This document shows positions 12,114-26,155 of a stretch of 64,000 nucleotides of DNA, one piece after another. The translations under genes were made by a program, and so were the position numbers. The notes under the pieces are model-generated. The model searched no databases. It was not told the DNA's origin and saw only the letters and a list, made by a program, of their open reading frames with translations. Position 1 is the first letter of the stretch. Each line of letters opens with the position of its first letter. The stretch is taken from assembly GCA_044892505.1 (NCBI GenBank), contig CM097883.1, forward strand, positions 375,968,001-376,032,000, given 5' to 3'. The stretch is from Schmidtea nova. Lineage: Eukaryota.

Positions 12114-14135
12114 TTTTTTATCGGCAATTCAACATCAGTATTCCACATAACTATAAATTTATTATTGCATCCAAATAAATCATTCCGAGCATCAAAAACA
12201 CTAACAAAACATTAAATTTTACTAATATTGCAATTTATGATAATTAATAAATAGAATATTTTGTTTCTAAAGAAAAATTTAATTTATTCTATAAACAGTA
12301 ATTTTATCAACTTTGAAAATATTAATTTTATTTGTTTAAAATCGCTAATTTAATCAAAAAGGAAAACTAATTTAATTCGAAGATTGTATCAGTATTACAA
12401 ATATAAGTATTATGAATTATTTTATTAAATAATGATTTTAAAGGCCAGACAAACAAAAAATGGGTAGGTTGGCAGATACAGAACCAGATACAGATTCTCC
12501 CAATAAAAATGAAATCATAAGATCGGAATTCTATCACACGTGAAGCACGACTACCCTTTCTGTCAAAAAGTTGAAATTTGTAATTATTTAAGAATTATTA
12601 TTAGTCTAAACAATTTTAGACTAAAGCTAGGATGCGTTGGAACCCTGCGCTTCAAGAACTGCAGGGAAAATCATTTCTGGAGATGCCTATTCCTCAAACG
12701 TGCCAGAGCCGGCCGTCAATTTTTATCAATAAATTTTAAAATATTATCAATTTGTTTTCTCTTTTTCGTTTATTACTTATTATTTTATGTAATTTTTGTA
12801 AAAATAATAATAAAAAATAGCAAACTATAATGTAAATGGTCTGTTTGAATTCAATAAGTTTGGCTGGGTACATTTATTTCATACATGGTATTGTTGAATG
12901 ATGAATGTTGATGGATTTATACCTGGGTGTTGATAGTTATAAGTGGATTTCTACTAAAAAATGGTGATAACTGCAAAGAGGATAGTCGTTGGTATATGAT
13001 GTTGTGATTGTTTGTGACTGTATGTTGAATAGTTTGTTGGATGAAATAGGTAATTCGGATTATGGATGTGAATACTTGTGTAAATTCTGGATGTATGATT
13101 CAGACAACTGTTGTGAATGAATTTCTTGTGTAAATTTCTGGATGTGTGATGCAGACACATGTTACTAAATGAATTTTTGGGTGTGTATTTTATGGATGCG
13201 TGATCTCCTTCATTTATTTTCTGAGTTTCCCTTAAATGTGTTAGGGATGGACTTTATGCCCTAATTATGTTAACTGAATTTTAGGATAAAAAAATAGAAA
13301 TATTTAAATAAAAATCAAATATTAAAATTACTAAAAATAGAAAAAAAATATATTAAATATATTAATTTTAGGGTATTAAAAATAGAAGCATCTAATAATT
13401 ATTATTATTTAGTAATTAAAAATATTGGAACATTTAATAATCAATAGTATAAATAAGGTTAGCAAGACCAGTATAAGAAGAGAGATAGTGAAAATTTAAT
13501 TGGCATTTAAATTATTTGGTATTTTAATCGTTGTGTTGGAATCGCTAATCGTTAGCAATCCAATATAAATAGATTCAAGAAAAGAGAAATTTAGAATAAT
13601 TTTGTTTTGATAATACAAACAATAGTTATTACTTGTGGCGGATTTTATATTAATAAATTTGAACGAAGGAGTTTCAACTCAGTGGCTTCTGAAAGCATTT
13701 AAGAAAATCATTGAAGTATCTTCGCAGCTCTTCCTAGAACTTAAGAAGCAGTAAGAATTGATTATAACTTTTTTTTTAAATTATAACCCCGTAAATTAAT
13801 CGGAAGCCAACAGTTTGATTTGTTGTGCTTACCTGTGTCGCGCCAAACTCAAGACTTTCTTACCCATCTGATTTAGTAATAACGGTGTGAGCTTATAGTA
13901 TTGAACACCATTTATTGTAATCTCTGTTAAATATATACATAGATACCTTTGTGGAATAAAATCATTATCGAACAGATCCTTTTTGTTATTTATTTATATT
14001 CGTTTTGTTATCTTTTATTTTGGAGTCAGGCATGTGTTAAGGTCGAGATATCCGCAAATTATTTATACACAATTCATAACGATCTTAACAAACCTTCTCA
14101 TTGGTAAGAGGATATGTCAGGTCCAAACCACTACC

Positions 14136-17100
14136 CAGGCCCGGCTCAACAGTGGAAGCAGAAGATACACGGCATCGAGGCGCCACTCTAAAGGGGCGCT
14201 GAAATCGAAAAGTTATTATCCACTTTTTTCAATTTTTTTAAAATCTAATTTCCAATCCTTTTTTTTGAAAAAAAAATTTCTTCGCTCCAATTAAAAATAA
14301 CACGAAAAATAATCTATTCGTAGTAGGTTCTTTTTTTCAAACGAATTTTTATTCGCATAATAAATTTTTGTTTTTATAAAATTACACACATTTTCCAACT
14401 AATTTAATTTTTTTCCGTACTGTTTCATTTTCCATTCACGTTTGTACATGTTAATTATATTGTGTCGATATTTTGAGTAAGAAAAAATAGTATTGATTAC
14501 ATTAAAAATTTATGATTTCTTTTGTGAAATATTTAATTTTAATTGAACATTAAACTTTAATGTCCAATTAAAGTGTAAGAAAAAATTGTAATTTGTTGAA
14601 TAATAACATAAAAAAATATAATTTGTTTTGTTAAATATTTAATTTGAATTAGACATTAAAGTGTAAGAAAAAAGTGTAATTTGTTGGATAATATCATTTT
14701 TGTGAGTATAATGATTTTTATCAATTTTATGTATTTTAAATTATTAAAATTTTGCAGTATCTTACCCAAAAATTTTAAAAATGGAAAAAAAGAAATTATC
14801 TGGAGCAGAGTACCGGAAAAGAAAAGCGCTGAGAGAAATTCAAGAAAAGAAGCTAAAAGGTCAATTGACCAAATTTTAAAAAAAAAACGATAACAGCTCT
14901 GTAAATATAAATAGTACTAACAATGAACCGCAAAATCTACATTCAGTCACAGTAGAAAAAGTTACTGATTCACATTCTTTAGCATTACCAGATCAACACA
15001 ATGAACATGAAAACATGTCAACTTCTGAATATAATTTATCTTCACCACAACAAACAGAAAATACAGTGCAAGTAAGCGAAACAGCAAGTGAAGATTTTAG
15101 TTTATTTAATTCAAATGATCCAGCCACTTGGCCGGAAATTATTAATGACAAAATATGAAAAGTTATTATTGAGCAAGGTGCGATGGTACAGATAAAAAAT
15201 AAATTATATCCACGAGATGATTCTGGTCGTAGTTTTAGTAATAATAATTATTATCGTAAGATAGCAAATAATGAAACTGTTTCACGAATGTGGCTCAAAT
15301 ATTCATCTTCTAAAAACTGCGTATTCTGTTCTTGTTGCAAATTATTTGCAGGTGAAAAAAGTCATTTAACAACAGATGGTTTCTCAAATTGGCAAAATTT
15401 ATCAAAGACATTAAGTTTCCATGAAGTAAGTAGATCACATTTAACATCGTTTATAAAATGGGTTCAACTAAAAAAACAGTTGGAGAAACATACCACAATA
15501 GATAATGAACTTGAAAAGGTATATGAAAGGGAAAAACGACATTGGCGTAGTGTGTTAGAAAGAATTGTTGAAATAATAAAATATCTCGCTAAACAAAATT
15601 TAGCTCTTCGCAGCTCGTCAGATATAATTTTTCAGAAAAACAATGGTAATTTTTTAAAATTAGTTGAACTATTTTCAAAATTTGATATTGTAATGGAAAC
15701 TCATCTCGCGAAAATTCAGAACATACAAAAAGACACCGTCCATTATTTGGGAAAAAATATCCAAAATGAAATAATATCTTTAATTTCAAAAAAATGTGTG
15801 AATGCTATTATCCAGAGGGTAAGTAATGCCAAATATTTTTCCATAATATTGGATTGTACTCCCGACATAAGTCACACTGAACAAACTACTGTAATTGTCA
15901 GATTTGTCCACAAAAATGAAAGCAACCAGATTACCGTAGAAGAACATTTCTTGGGTTTCGTAGAAATAAATGATTCTACCGGCGAAGGTTTGTTCAGATG
16001 CATAGTTGAAAAACTAAAAGAATTAGATTTAAATACAAAACATTTACGTGGACAGGGATATGATAATGGTGCTAATATGCGCGGTAAGCATAGCGGTGTT
16101 CAAAGACGTATTTTGAATGAGAATCCACGAGCATTCTTTGTTCCATGTGCGGCTCACACCTTGAATTTAGTGGTCAGTGATGCGGCGAAAGTTAATACAG
16201 AAACTATAATTTTTTTTGGTATTATACAAGAACTTTATAATTTTTTCAGTGCTTCAACAAAACGTTGGGATGTGTTAAAACAATTTAGTAAAATAAACTC
16301 AAACTTTTATCGGATACTCGGTGGGAATCAAGAATTGAAGCACTTAGCCCATTAAGAAACAATATTGGAGATTATTTAGATGCTTTACTTGCCATATACG
16401 ATAATGAAAATAATGACAATAATACAAAATCTGAAGCTAAATCTTTAGCAATGAAGCTTGACTACGAATTTATTTGTTCGCTAATAATTTGGTACGAGAT
16501 TTTAAGCAGAATTAATGTTGTGAGCAAAATGTTCCAATCTTCAAGTACCAACCTAAATGAATCAACAAAATGTTTAAATAATTTAATAACTTTTTTTAAA
16601 GAATTCCGCTTAGATGACAATTTTAACAATATAATAAAAAAAGCTGTAACCTTGGCAGAAGATGTAGATATTTGTCCTCAATTTAAAGAAAATCCATTAC
16701 GACTGCGTAAAAAACGTATGTTTAATTACGAATGTAGTGATAAGAGGCCGAAAGACCCGGAACAGAACTATAAAATTTCATTCTTTCTTCCAATTGTGGA
16801 CAGTGCAATTAACTCCTTAATAGAGAGATTCGAACTTCTGAATGCTGAAAAGTTTCAATTTCTTATAAAATTTAATGAAATTTATAATTTGGGTGATGAA
16901 GTAATGAAAATTAAATGTACCGATTTACAAACTGTATTAACTGATGATGAAGAAATAGACATAAATTCTTCAGAGTTATATAATGAACTGTTTATATTTA
17001 AAGATACAATAACGCCACTAAACAATTATGATCCCTTAAATATTTTACAGTATATATATACAAATGATTTATTTGGGATATTTCCAAATTTAACAATATC

Positions 17101-17515
17101 TTTGCGGATACTATTAACTCTACCAGTTTCTGTCGCAAGTGGCGAAAGATCATTTTCTAGACTTAAACTAATTAAGACATATTTGCGATCAAGTATTTCT
17201 CAAGAGAGATTAGTTGGGTTGGCAATGATTGCAATTGAAAGCGATATCTGCGAAGAAATAAAAATTAATGATATTTTGGATGAATTTGCTTCGATAAAAG
17301 CAAGAAAAATAAAATTTTGAATTCATCGTGCAATTTATTTTATGTATAATTGATATCTGTTAATTACAATTGATAACAAATAAATGTTTAATTTTAAATA
17401 ATATACAATAATCAATATAGTTTAATTTGTATTTGAGTTTGTTGATATATTTTTTTATTCAGGGCGCTAAACAGGAACTTGCATCGGGGTGATAGTACCG
17501 CTAGAGCCGGCGCTG
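14136..17515 (+). mobile_element. Full-length hAT transposon (TTF-zinc-finger/ZMYM1-like type) with 8-bp TSD
   Basis: TIRs caggcccggctc / gagccggcgctg; identical TSD CCACTACC at 14128-14135 and 17516-17523. Confidence 0.95.
14781..17320 (+). pseudogene. hAT transposase with few lesions
   Basis: ATG at 14781 (MEKKKLSGAEYRKRK); ORFs 15183-16355 (TTF ZnF, LDCTPD, GQGYDNGANM, CAAHTLNL) and 16451-17320 (PVSVASGERSFS) separated by a frameshift. Confidence 0.92.
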
Positions 17516-17529
17516 CCACTACCCCCATG

Positions 17530-17640
17530 TAGAGATTGCAATCGAGAATTTTATAAATTTCTATGTAATCGTTTCTCGGGAATTTTAATTATATAACTTT
17601 CGAGAATTCTCTTTTCCCGGGGAAAAATATTCTCGAGAAT
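17530..17640 (+). mobile_element. Left end of another hAT-like element
   Basis: tagagattgc terminus followed by repeated (c)gagaattt/ttctcgggaa motifs; the reverse-orientation motif cluster is at 26045-26155. Confidence 0.5.
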
Positions 17641-17772
17641 TTTATTACAAAAAGTCAGTATTATTTTGTACATATAAAGTACAATAGTAAATTGTAATTA
17701 GTACGTTTTTTACTGCAAATGTTAACACAACTGGCAACATTATCTGAATTTGACATACGAAATAATTCCGTA

Positions 17773-17996
17773 TTGGTGGGTTGTTGATCGTCAATATGAC
17801 CTTGACGTTACTATGGCTCTATCAACAACTCAGCATACAAAACATTTAAATAACCATCTTGTTGCCCGTCACTATGTAACGTTGGTAATGCAACAAATCG
17901 GTGGGTATTCGCAATCAGTGAGCGTCGTCAATACGAAACTATGATTGACCTAATATCTCCTGGGTCCAAGGAATACCGATAGAAGGTTTAATGCCA
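17773..17996 (+). ncRNA. Putative structured RNA element, copy 2
   Basis: Paralog of 11896-12113, with differences that mostly preserve pairing. Confidence 0.5.
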
Positions 17997-18298
17997 TTTT
18001 GTCCCTTTAAATCAAACGCTCTATCGCTGTGGATTTCCCATACAAGATCTCCATTTGAATATTTTCGCCAAACCGTTGTTTATTTATTAATTATTTAATT
18101 TATTAAATCTCTTTCATTTCGAACTGTATCCTTATTCAAACGAACAAATAGTAAAAACAATATAAGAGAGAACTTATAATCATAATACAAAACAATATTT
18201 AATACAGAATCAAATCAAATGTGGGGACTGGTTAAATCAATGTCAAAATTAATGATTTTCGAGGCCTCCACTCTCAACTGGCCTAGCACTCGCGCTTC

Positions 18299-18790
18299 TT
18301 AGCGACGCTTGTTCCTGGCTTTGGCTCCTTTACTGGGCCTACATCCTTTCGGCTTGGTTGGAACTGCTGCTGCGGATGCGATTTCTTCCTTCACTCTAAC
18401 AGGGAACAATTCCGGGGGGTGGGGCTGTGATTTTGGTAGTATGGCCGAGATGATGCCACTGTCTACCCTTAATTTCTCAATCAAGAGCTCCTGCTCTTGC
18501 ATTGAAACTCGACATGCCCGCAATCTCATTGCGTCTTCGGCGGCTTGTTGGATGAGCAGTTGATTTTGCTTTCTTAACCGGTCCACTGTTTCTTTGTCGG
18601 ACCATGTCGCTTCCATCTCTCGACATCGGGCCCGAAATTTCTCCATACGACTAGTCATCAGCTGGAGCGCGTCTGCGTTGGACGACCCTTTGGCTTCTAG
18701 ATCGGCAAAACGTGCGTCGACCTTCTTATTGTGTTTTGCATTCTCGATTAATAGCTTGTGGATTTCCTCTAACTGTTGTACTGGATTCAT
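18299..18790 (-). CDS. Intact 163-aa coiled-coil protein with basic C-terminus, probably a retroelement accessory ORF
   Basis: GC-richer open frame, helical/heptad character, tail KPKGCRPSKGAKARNKRR, and a splice-acceptor-like tttttag just before the ATG. No family recognised. Confidence 0.55.
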   Translation of the reverse strand: MNPVQQLEEIHKLLIENAKHNKKVDARFADLEAKGSSNADALQLMTSRMEKFRARCREMEATWSDKETVDRLRKQNQLLIQQAAEDAMRLRACRVSMQEQELLIEKLRVDSGIISAILPKSQPHPPELFPVRVKEEIASAAAVPTKPKGCRPSKGAKARNKRR

Positions 18791-19760
18791 CGCTAAAAAT
18801 TTTCAAACATTTAAGGCATATCGAGAATGGTTAATGTACAACAATTACAAAAATTATCATTATACAGAAAAATCAATTATCTCATTCATTATTACAATAA
18901 GCTAAGAGGTTCTTACATATTCGATCGCAAGTCTTTCCGTGAGTTTGCTTGACGCGTCTTGATTCAGGAATCGGAATCTCAACCAAAACATATTTTTCGG
19001 GGATAATTATTTAATTTCAATTATGTTTTATAATAATTGAATAAGATTTTTCTATTTCAGCTTTTTTCCTTTTATTAAAGTTTCAATAAGAATTTTAATC
19101 CCCTATACCTAGTGTCAAACTTGCTATTCTTATGGAAATTTTATAAATTTTATTTTAAAACTTTTAATAAATTTCTATTTAAATTCTCACCGAGGCATTG
19201 GCAACGGTATCAATATAAACTGCCTAAATATTAAGTAAATTTGATTTTATTAATATCTTTTAATTCCGAATATTTCCTATATTTTCTAATTCTAAATTTT
19301 ATTTTATTTTAGGAAATTCAAATCGAATCAGGACGCCTCTGAAAACGACGCCGCTCCCCCGTAAAAGAAGAAAACTATATAAACGTATTTCAAAATTAAA
19401 TCACTATTATTGGTTAGTTTATATGGCTAGTATTCAATCGTATGAATTATCAGTATTGATTTCTTGCATTTAGATTTATAAGAATTTTCATCCGATAACT
19501 GGTAATTTTATAGTTATAATTTATATATATTTTAGCCCTCTGGTTTTAGAAAAACAAAAAAAAACAAAAATCCTATTCACCGACATTAATGTTATCCAGT
19601 GGACAATCTTTATCGAGTAATTTTTATTTAGAAACTCTTTTACATTGATAAATTTCAGTAAATTAAAATTTTAGACAAACAAACTTCACAAAAAAATTAG
19701 TTAACTTTATCCTGACAGCGATCCTAATGGGAAATACTCGCATCTATAGACTATCTAGAC

Positions 19761-22344
19761 CAGTGATCGGCAAAGTTTATGGGTACTAGAGCTCATTTCA
19801 AATTTTGAAAACATCCAAGGGCGCAAGAACAATTTCTACCTGAAGAATCGTTGCGTGAAATAACAAAATTGACAAAAAATATGGCACTTCATTTATTAAG
19901 AATTAAGTAATAGAAAACAAAAATACATAAATTATACAATAAAACAATAATAAAAAGTATAATTTATTGCAGTTTAGACGAACTGTGGTGCAACTCTTCA
20001 ATATCGTCCACCAATTTTTCATAATTTGGAATGTACATTGAACTGGCTACTCTCAAACAGTTATCCAAATTCCCATCCGTTAACCGTGACCTGTATTTGT
20101 TTTTAATTACAGCCATCGATGAAAATAATGTTTCACAGAGATATGTTGATCCGAAAAATGAATATATTTTCATTGCAGCTGTTTTTAAATTTCGAATATA
20201 TTTTTTCGTCTACAATTCTCCAAAAATTTGGATTGTTCCGTTCAGCTCAAAATTACATTGTTTTGAAGATTTATGATTTCTACCTCAATATTTTGTTTAT
20301 CAGATGGTGTTTTAAAAATTGTACAAATTCTCTGTGCCATTTCAGTGACATCTATGGACTCAAACGGTGTTAAAATAAAGATCGCAATTGGTTCAATTTT
20401 TGCAAATTGTTCAAATATTATTTCAAATTCGGTATATAAAATTTCTATATGGCAAATAAATGGTCCCACATCAAAAGGTACATTGCTGATAAACTTTTCC
20501 ATTTGTGGAAAATCTTCATAAGACTTCTTTTGCATCTTTTTCATCCAAAAAAGTAATTTGGATTTAAAAGAATTAACGGAACTTATCATATTGACTACAT
20601 GCTTTCCTTTTCCTTGCAGTTCTAAATTTAAAATATTAAGTTTTTGGGTAATATCAGCAAGGAAACCTAAGTCAATTAGCCAAGTTCTCTGATTAAGTTC
20701 TTTAATATCTTCATTTCTAGACATTAAAAATTCTTTAATTTCATAAAAAGGCTCACTAATCTTACAAGCACTTTTCCTCTACTGAGCCACCTAACTTCTT
20801 CATAAAGCAACAAATCTCTGTCTTTCTTACCAGCTGCCTCTAACAATGCTTTAAATAACCTGTGTTGAAGTGAAGACGATCGGATAGAATTTATGGTTTT
20901 TGTCACAATATCCATAACGTGTTTAAATTTTAACACTTTGCAGCAAAGAGCTTCCTGATGGATGATGCAGTGATAACCGATGAATGACGGAAAATAAATA
21001 TCTTTTTGGCAGAGGGAAATAAATCCATTGTTTTTGCCAATCATGGATGGAGCACCGTCAGTAGTTATTGAGCATAACTTTTCAATTGGTATATTTATTT
21101 CACTGACAAATGTTTTAAATATGTGGTAAATGTCCTCGCCTCTTGTTTTGCCTCTTATTGCTAAAACCTTCAGCAATTCTTCTTTAACAGATGCATCATG
21201 GAATACCATTCTAATTATTATACTAAGTTGTGATGTATCACCTATGTCTGTGGATTCATCAAGTTGGAGAGAAAAGGCAAAGCACCTATCGATATCTGAT
21301 TTTAATTGTATTTTCATATCGGTGCCTATCTCTTCTAACCTTCTTGTAACAGTTCTAGCGGATAGTTGCAAGTTTGAGATAGCTGAAATCAATTCCTGTT
21401 TATTATCATATCCTTCATAGAGAGAAACAGCTCCAACTAAAAATGCTTCCTTGAATAGTTCGGCATCGATAAATGGTTTTTTATTTTTAGCAAGAAAATG
21501 GACAATTTTAAACGAGGCAATTGTAGCGTTTTTCGATATCTGTACTGGTCTTGTAAATATTTTTTGTTGCTGCAAAAGATTTGATTTAAGTAATTTGATT
21601 TTATGACATCTCAATTGTGATTTTGGTGGATATTCTTCATTAAATTTACTATGTTTTGTTTTATAATGCCGTTCGACATTGTGCCTCTTCATTACCGTAA
21701 AAATAAAATTACATATCAAGCAAAGACATTTTCCTTTATATTCAATTATCCCAAATTCATCCTCCCAAAGTATGTTAAACAATATAATCGCTGTTTTTTA
21801 TTGTTATTGCTAGCTTTCATTTTCTTTGGGTTTTTCTATAATAAATTAGTAAGAATATCGATTGAAATAAAGTATATTTGTAAAATTATTAAATGAATCA
21901 AATTTAATATTTAATTGTTGTTTGAAATAAATAAACAAATGACAATGAGTAAGAAGAAATCATATCAGTGCTATCTACTATAAAACAATAGTAGATTTTT
22001 GTTTGCTAAAATTTTAGTAAGCAGTTTTTTTATTACTACATTTATGCCAACACTGTATAAGTAAAAACTATTGTCAATTACAGCAGTCAGTATGAAAGTT
22101 TTCTTTCAGTGATAGAGGTTTAAAAGAAATTTCCCTGTCTGATAGTTTTTAAAAGTGATATAAGCAGCTATAAATTTACTTCTGATTAAAAATTATAATA
22201 TTTCTGAAAATTCTTTTTATACATACTTTCTCAAAAGATTTTTTTTTAATATCGTGAGGATATATGAATTTTTTATGCAAAGGGCGCATGAAAATATCTT
22301 GAAGGGCGCACCTGCGCCCGCGGGCACAGGCTTGCCGACCGCTG
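19761..22344 (-). mobile_element. Full-length hAT transposon (SPIN/Charlie/Buster group) with 8-bp TSD
   Basis: TIRs cagtgatcggcaa / ttgccgaccgctg; TSD ATCTAGAC at 19753-19760 and 22345-22352. Confidence 0.95.
19964..21782 (-). pseudogene. SPIN/GTF2IRD2-like hAT transposase, frameshifted
   Basis: CLIC...KRHNVERHY, FSLQLDESTD, TTDGAPSMIG, HCIIHQEAL, VRWLSRG and FGSTYLCETLFS motifs over three ORFs. Confidence 0.93.
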
Positions 22345-23939
22345 ATCTAGACTATCTTTTGATTATCTTGGAAATAATTATTACAACCACAACCAGCACC
22401 TGCTCTAAGCTTCTGCACTCTGCATCTCAAAATGAAATGTGACCAAGACGGTTATGGAAAAAAATGGTATTTTTATATAAAGGATATCATAATAATATAC
22501 TAACATTAAAATAAATTAAAAAAAATAATAATCAACAAAACGCGAGGAATGGGATGATCGTCAGGCATGATGATCGATGATCCCATTGTCCCTGAAACAT
22601 ATAACAAAAAAATCAAACTCTTACATTATCTTTAATACGAAATTCTTCCAAAAATTACCACTTCTTTCGGAGGCAAAAGTTCTGACACAAAATGCTTTCT
22701 TAAAATTCTGAACAAAACAGAAAAATTCTGACAAAATTTCTGCTAAAAATTTCTGGTCAAATTCTTCTACAATTCTTCAAATTTTTTCACAAATTCTTAA
22801 AAATTCTGAACAAAAATTCTAAAAGAAAAATTCCACAAATTCTGAAAAAATTCTGATTCTTGCCATTTTGATGGCGGTATATATACCATCGATTGTGTGT
22901 TACCTTTACTAAAGCAGTAAAACAAATTGTTCTAGAATGTTCTTTTTAATTTCTCGAAATTAATTCTAATAATTTTCCGCAAAATTAAATCCATATTTTT
23001 ATGTAATAATTTTTTTAAGCCCTAAATAATTTATTTAATCCAAAAATTTTTATTTTTGAATCAAATTTTATTCAATTTGATTTAATTTGCTATTTTTCGA
23101 TCAATATTAGTTCTTTTTATCTTTTGTGAAATTTTATGATAAAATCACAATTTTCTTCTAAAGTTTTGTTAATTTTTTTTCTGCACTGAAGTTTTATAAC
23201 ATAATTCCGTTTTTTATGGGCATTTTCAATGGGTTTTCTGCCTATTCTAATTTTCAAACGTTCTTTTTTTGACGACTTTTAATTTTTCTCGAGATTTCAG
23301 TGTAAGGACTTGCAAATTCACTGCTAGCGCGTTCTCTACTAGTTGATGTGCTTGAGTACACTTCACCTTTTTGGTGTTTCTCACTTAATCGCTTCGGTTT
23401 TTATTAGATGTTTGGGTTAAAATTGCATCTTGCGCGCTCTCTACTTATGGGGTTACTGCTTTATTAAAACAAGTTGCCCAACAGTATTCAGAAATTCAGC
23501 ATTTAGCCATTGTTTTTGAAGTGACAATGACAACTGACACCTATGACAACTTTGTCAAATCAAAAATGTAAGTCGAAGTAAATCATAATTTAATCATATT
23601 TTTGTGTTTTTTATTTGTAGTTTCAATTAATATTTTAAAAAATTCCTAATAGATTTATAATATATTTGGAAAAGTATTAAATAATTTCTACGCAATTAGT
23701 TTTGGTATTGTAGTGAATTTTGGAAGTCTGGTTAATTTTGGAGGTCGGAATACAAATAATATCCACGAATATTATTGATTTATTATCATTGATTTTATCA
23801 TTCAAATAAAAGTAAGTTAATATTTCATCAGTTAATGAAACTTTTATCTTATAAATTATAATTTTGTGAAACATAATTTATATAGCTTTCATTTTTTATT
23901 ATATTTTTAGCTAATATTAAAAAATATTAAGGACACAAA

Positions 23940-25849
23940 AAAATGAGCATCGAGAAAAATAAACAATACCAGAGTGTTTGGGCACAGCTTGTGCAAAGCT
24001 ATGATGACAAAAGTGTTGCTATATGTAATCTTTGTAATAAAAAATTGCTTGCAAAGGATCCTCAACGACCGGCTTGCATCGACATTTGCAAGGAAAACAT
24101 TGAATGGAAAAGCGTGCAATGGCAATCGAAGAAAATTTAAATACAAAACGTATGAAATCTACCGAACAAAGCATAACCAAATATTTAACGAGAAGCAATC
24201 TTGAAACGCTTGAGGAAATTGTTTCCAAATTAGCAGCTTTGGAAAATATTCCTGTTCAAAAAATTACAAATTGCGAATTCATAAGAGCAGTATAAAATTA
24301 CGAGGTTTTGAATTACCAAAACAACCAACCGGTGTTATGAATTTAATATATAAGTACTGTGACAAAGTTGAAGAGAAAGTCCGTAAAAAAATTAAGCTAG
24401 CAAAATCAAAAAAACAAAAAATTAGTCAAAGTATTGACGAATGGACTAGCTTTCGTAACAGAAGATATTTTAATATTCACATATATTTTGAGGGTGGTGA
24501 TTCTGTTAATCTGAAATTAATACGAATTCATGAAAGCTGCCCTGCAGATAAAATAATTGAACTAGTAAAATCAAAATTAAATTTATTTGAAATTGATTTT
24601 GAAAAGGACGTAGTGGCAACAACAAGCGATGGTGCTAGTGTAATGACTAGATTCGGATCATTATCCCCAGCAATATTACAGCTATGCTATAATCATGCTA
24701 TACACTTAGCAGTGATGAATATATTTTAATCAAAAATAAAACCAATACAAGAAAATATAAACGTTGATGATAATGAATATGAGGATCAATCAGAAATAGA
24801 TTCATTTTCAGAAGAAGAAAATGATTCCAACATAGATATAAATGAATTAAAAAATGATTCAAGTAATATATATTCAACCATTCAAGAAATTCGAGTAATC
24901 GTTAAAAAATTTAAATATTATCTTGTTCGAAATTCGGTTCTTCAGAAATATGTGATAATAGTTGAAAAAACTGAGTTGCAGTTGTTGCTGGACTGTAAAA
25001 CACTGTGGAACAGCTTGGTAACAATGATTGAAAAATTTCTTCGACTAATTGAACCAATCAAAAAGGCACTAATTGATCTAAATTTAGAACATTTGTGGCA
25101 AAATACTAGCACCATAAATTCAAGAAATATTTTAAAAGCATTAAAGCCAGTTCAAATTGCTGTAGAGGCGCTGTCGCGGCATGACGCAAACCTATTAAGC
25201 AGTGAGGGTGTTTTAAAATTTCTCTTTAGTTCACTTAAAGAAAATAATTCTATATTATCGACAAATTTGTTAAATGAAATTCAAATTCAAATTTGTAAGA
25301 GACGAAAAATGCATTTGGTTTCTCTTCTAAAATTTTTAAATAATCCTAAGTGCCTCACTGTTGGCGGCTCATCATCTGTCGATTTTTTTAGAATGAGTTC
25401 TAAAGCTGATTTAGTGAAATCTGCTAAATCCCTTATAAAAAGGTTGTTTGTTGTCGATGAAGATATTTCGATTTTAAATGAAAATATTAGTAATTTTGAT
25501 GCTGCTGATGGTGCAGATTGCGAAATGATAATGGTAGAAAATAATTTGACAACATTAAAACACAAATTAGAAGTATCAATTAATTCAAGTTTGGCAAAAA
25601 ATTGTAATTAAAAGTGATATAAGCACTGTGTTAAAGGAAATTAATTTATTTGAAGTGACTGGCCAAATTACACCAAATTCGAATTTAATAAAAAGGGCTC
25701 TGTTGACTATTCGGCCAACATCAACGGAAAACGAGCGTAATTTTTCAACAGCAGGACATGTAGTATCTAAAAAAAGAACTCGTCTATCGGATAAGGCAAT
25801 CAACGCGCTGTGTTTTTTGAAGTATTATTTTTTAAAAAATAAAAATTGA
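23940..25849 (+). pseudogene. hAT transposase (BED-finger type), degraded
   Basis: CNLC BED finger, SIDEWTS, TSDGASVM, CYNHAIHL and RPTSTENERNFS; paralogous to 1484-3590. Confidence 0.9.
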
Positions 25850-26044
25850 AATTAATTGTTTTTTGTTATTTTAGTATTTTATAACTATATCCGTTATATA
25901 TTTTTTCAATTTACTACATTTTTTTATATAATAACAATATACTGAATTTTTTAATACATAATAAATATAATAAATTGGCTTTAAAAATACAGAAAAAATA
26001 AATTAACAAAATATTCGTTTTTGAATATAAAATATCTATTTTGA

Positions 26045-26155
26045 AAATTCTCGGGAATTCTCGAGATTCTCGAGAAGTTAAAAAAATATTCTCGAAGTCT
26101 CGAGACATAAATATGGCCGAGAAAAAAATTCTCGATAAAAAAAATTCTCGCGTGA
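26045..26155 (+). repeat. hAT subterminal motif cluster (aaattctcg)
   Basis: Several ttctcgaga/ttctcggga motifs downstream of the transposase. Confidence 0.75.
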
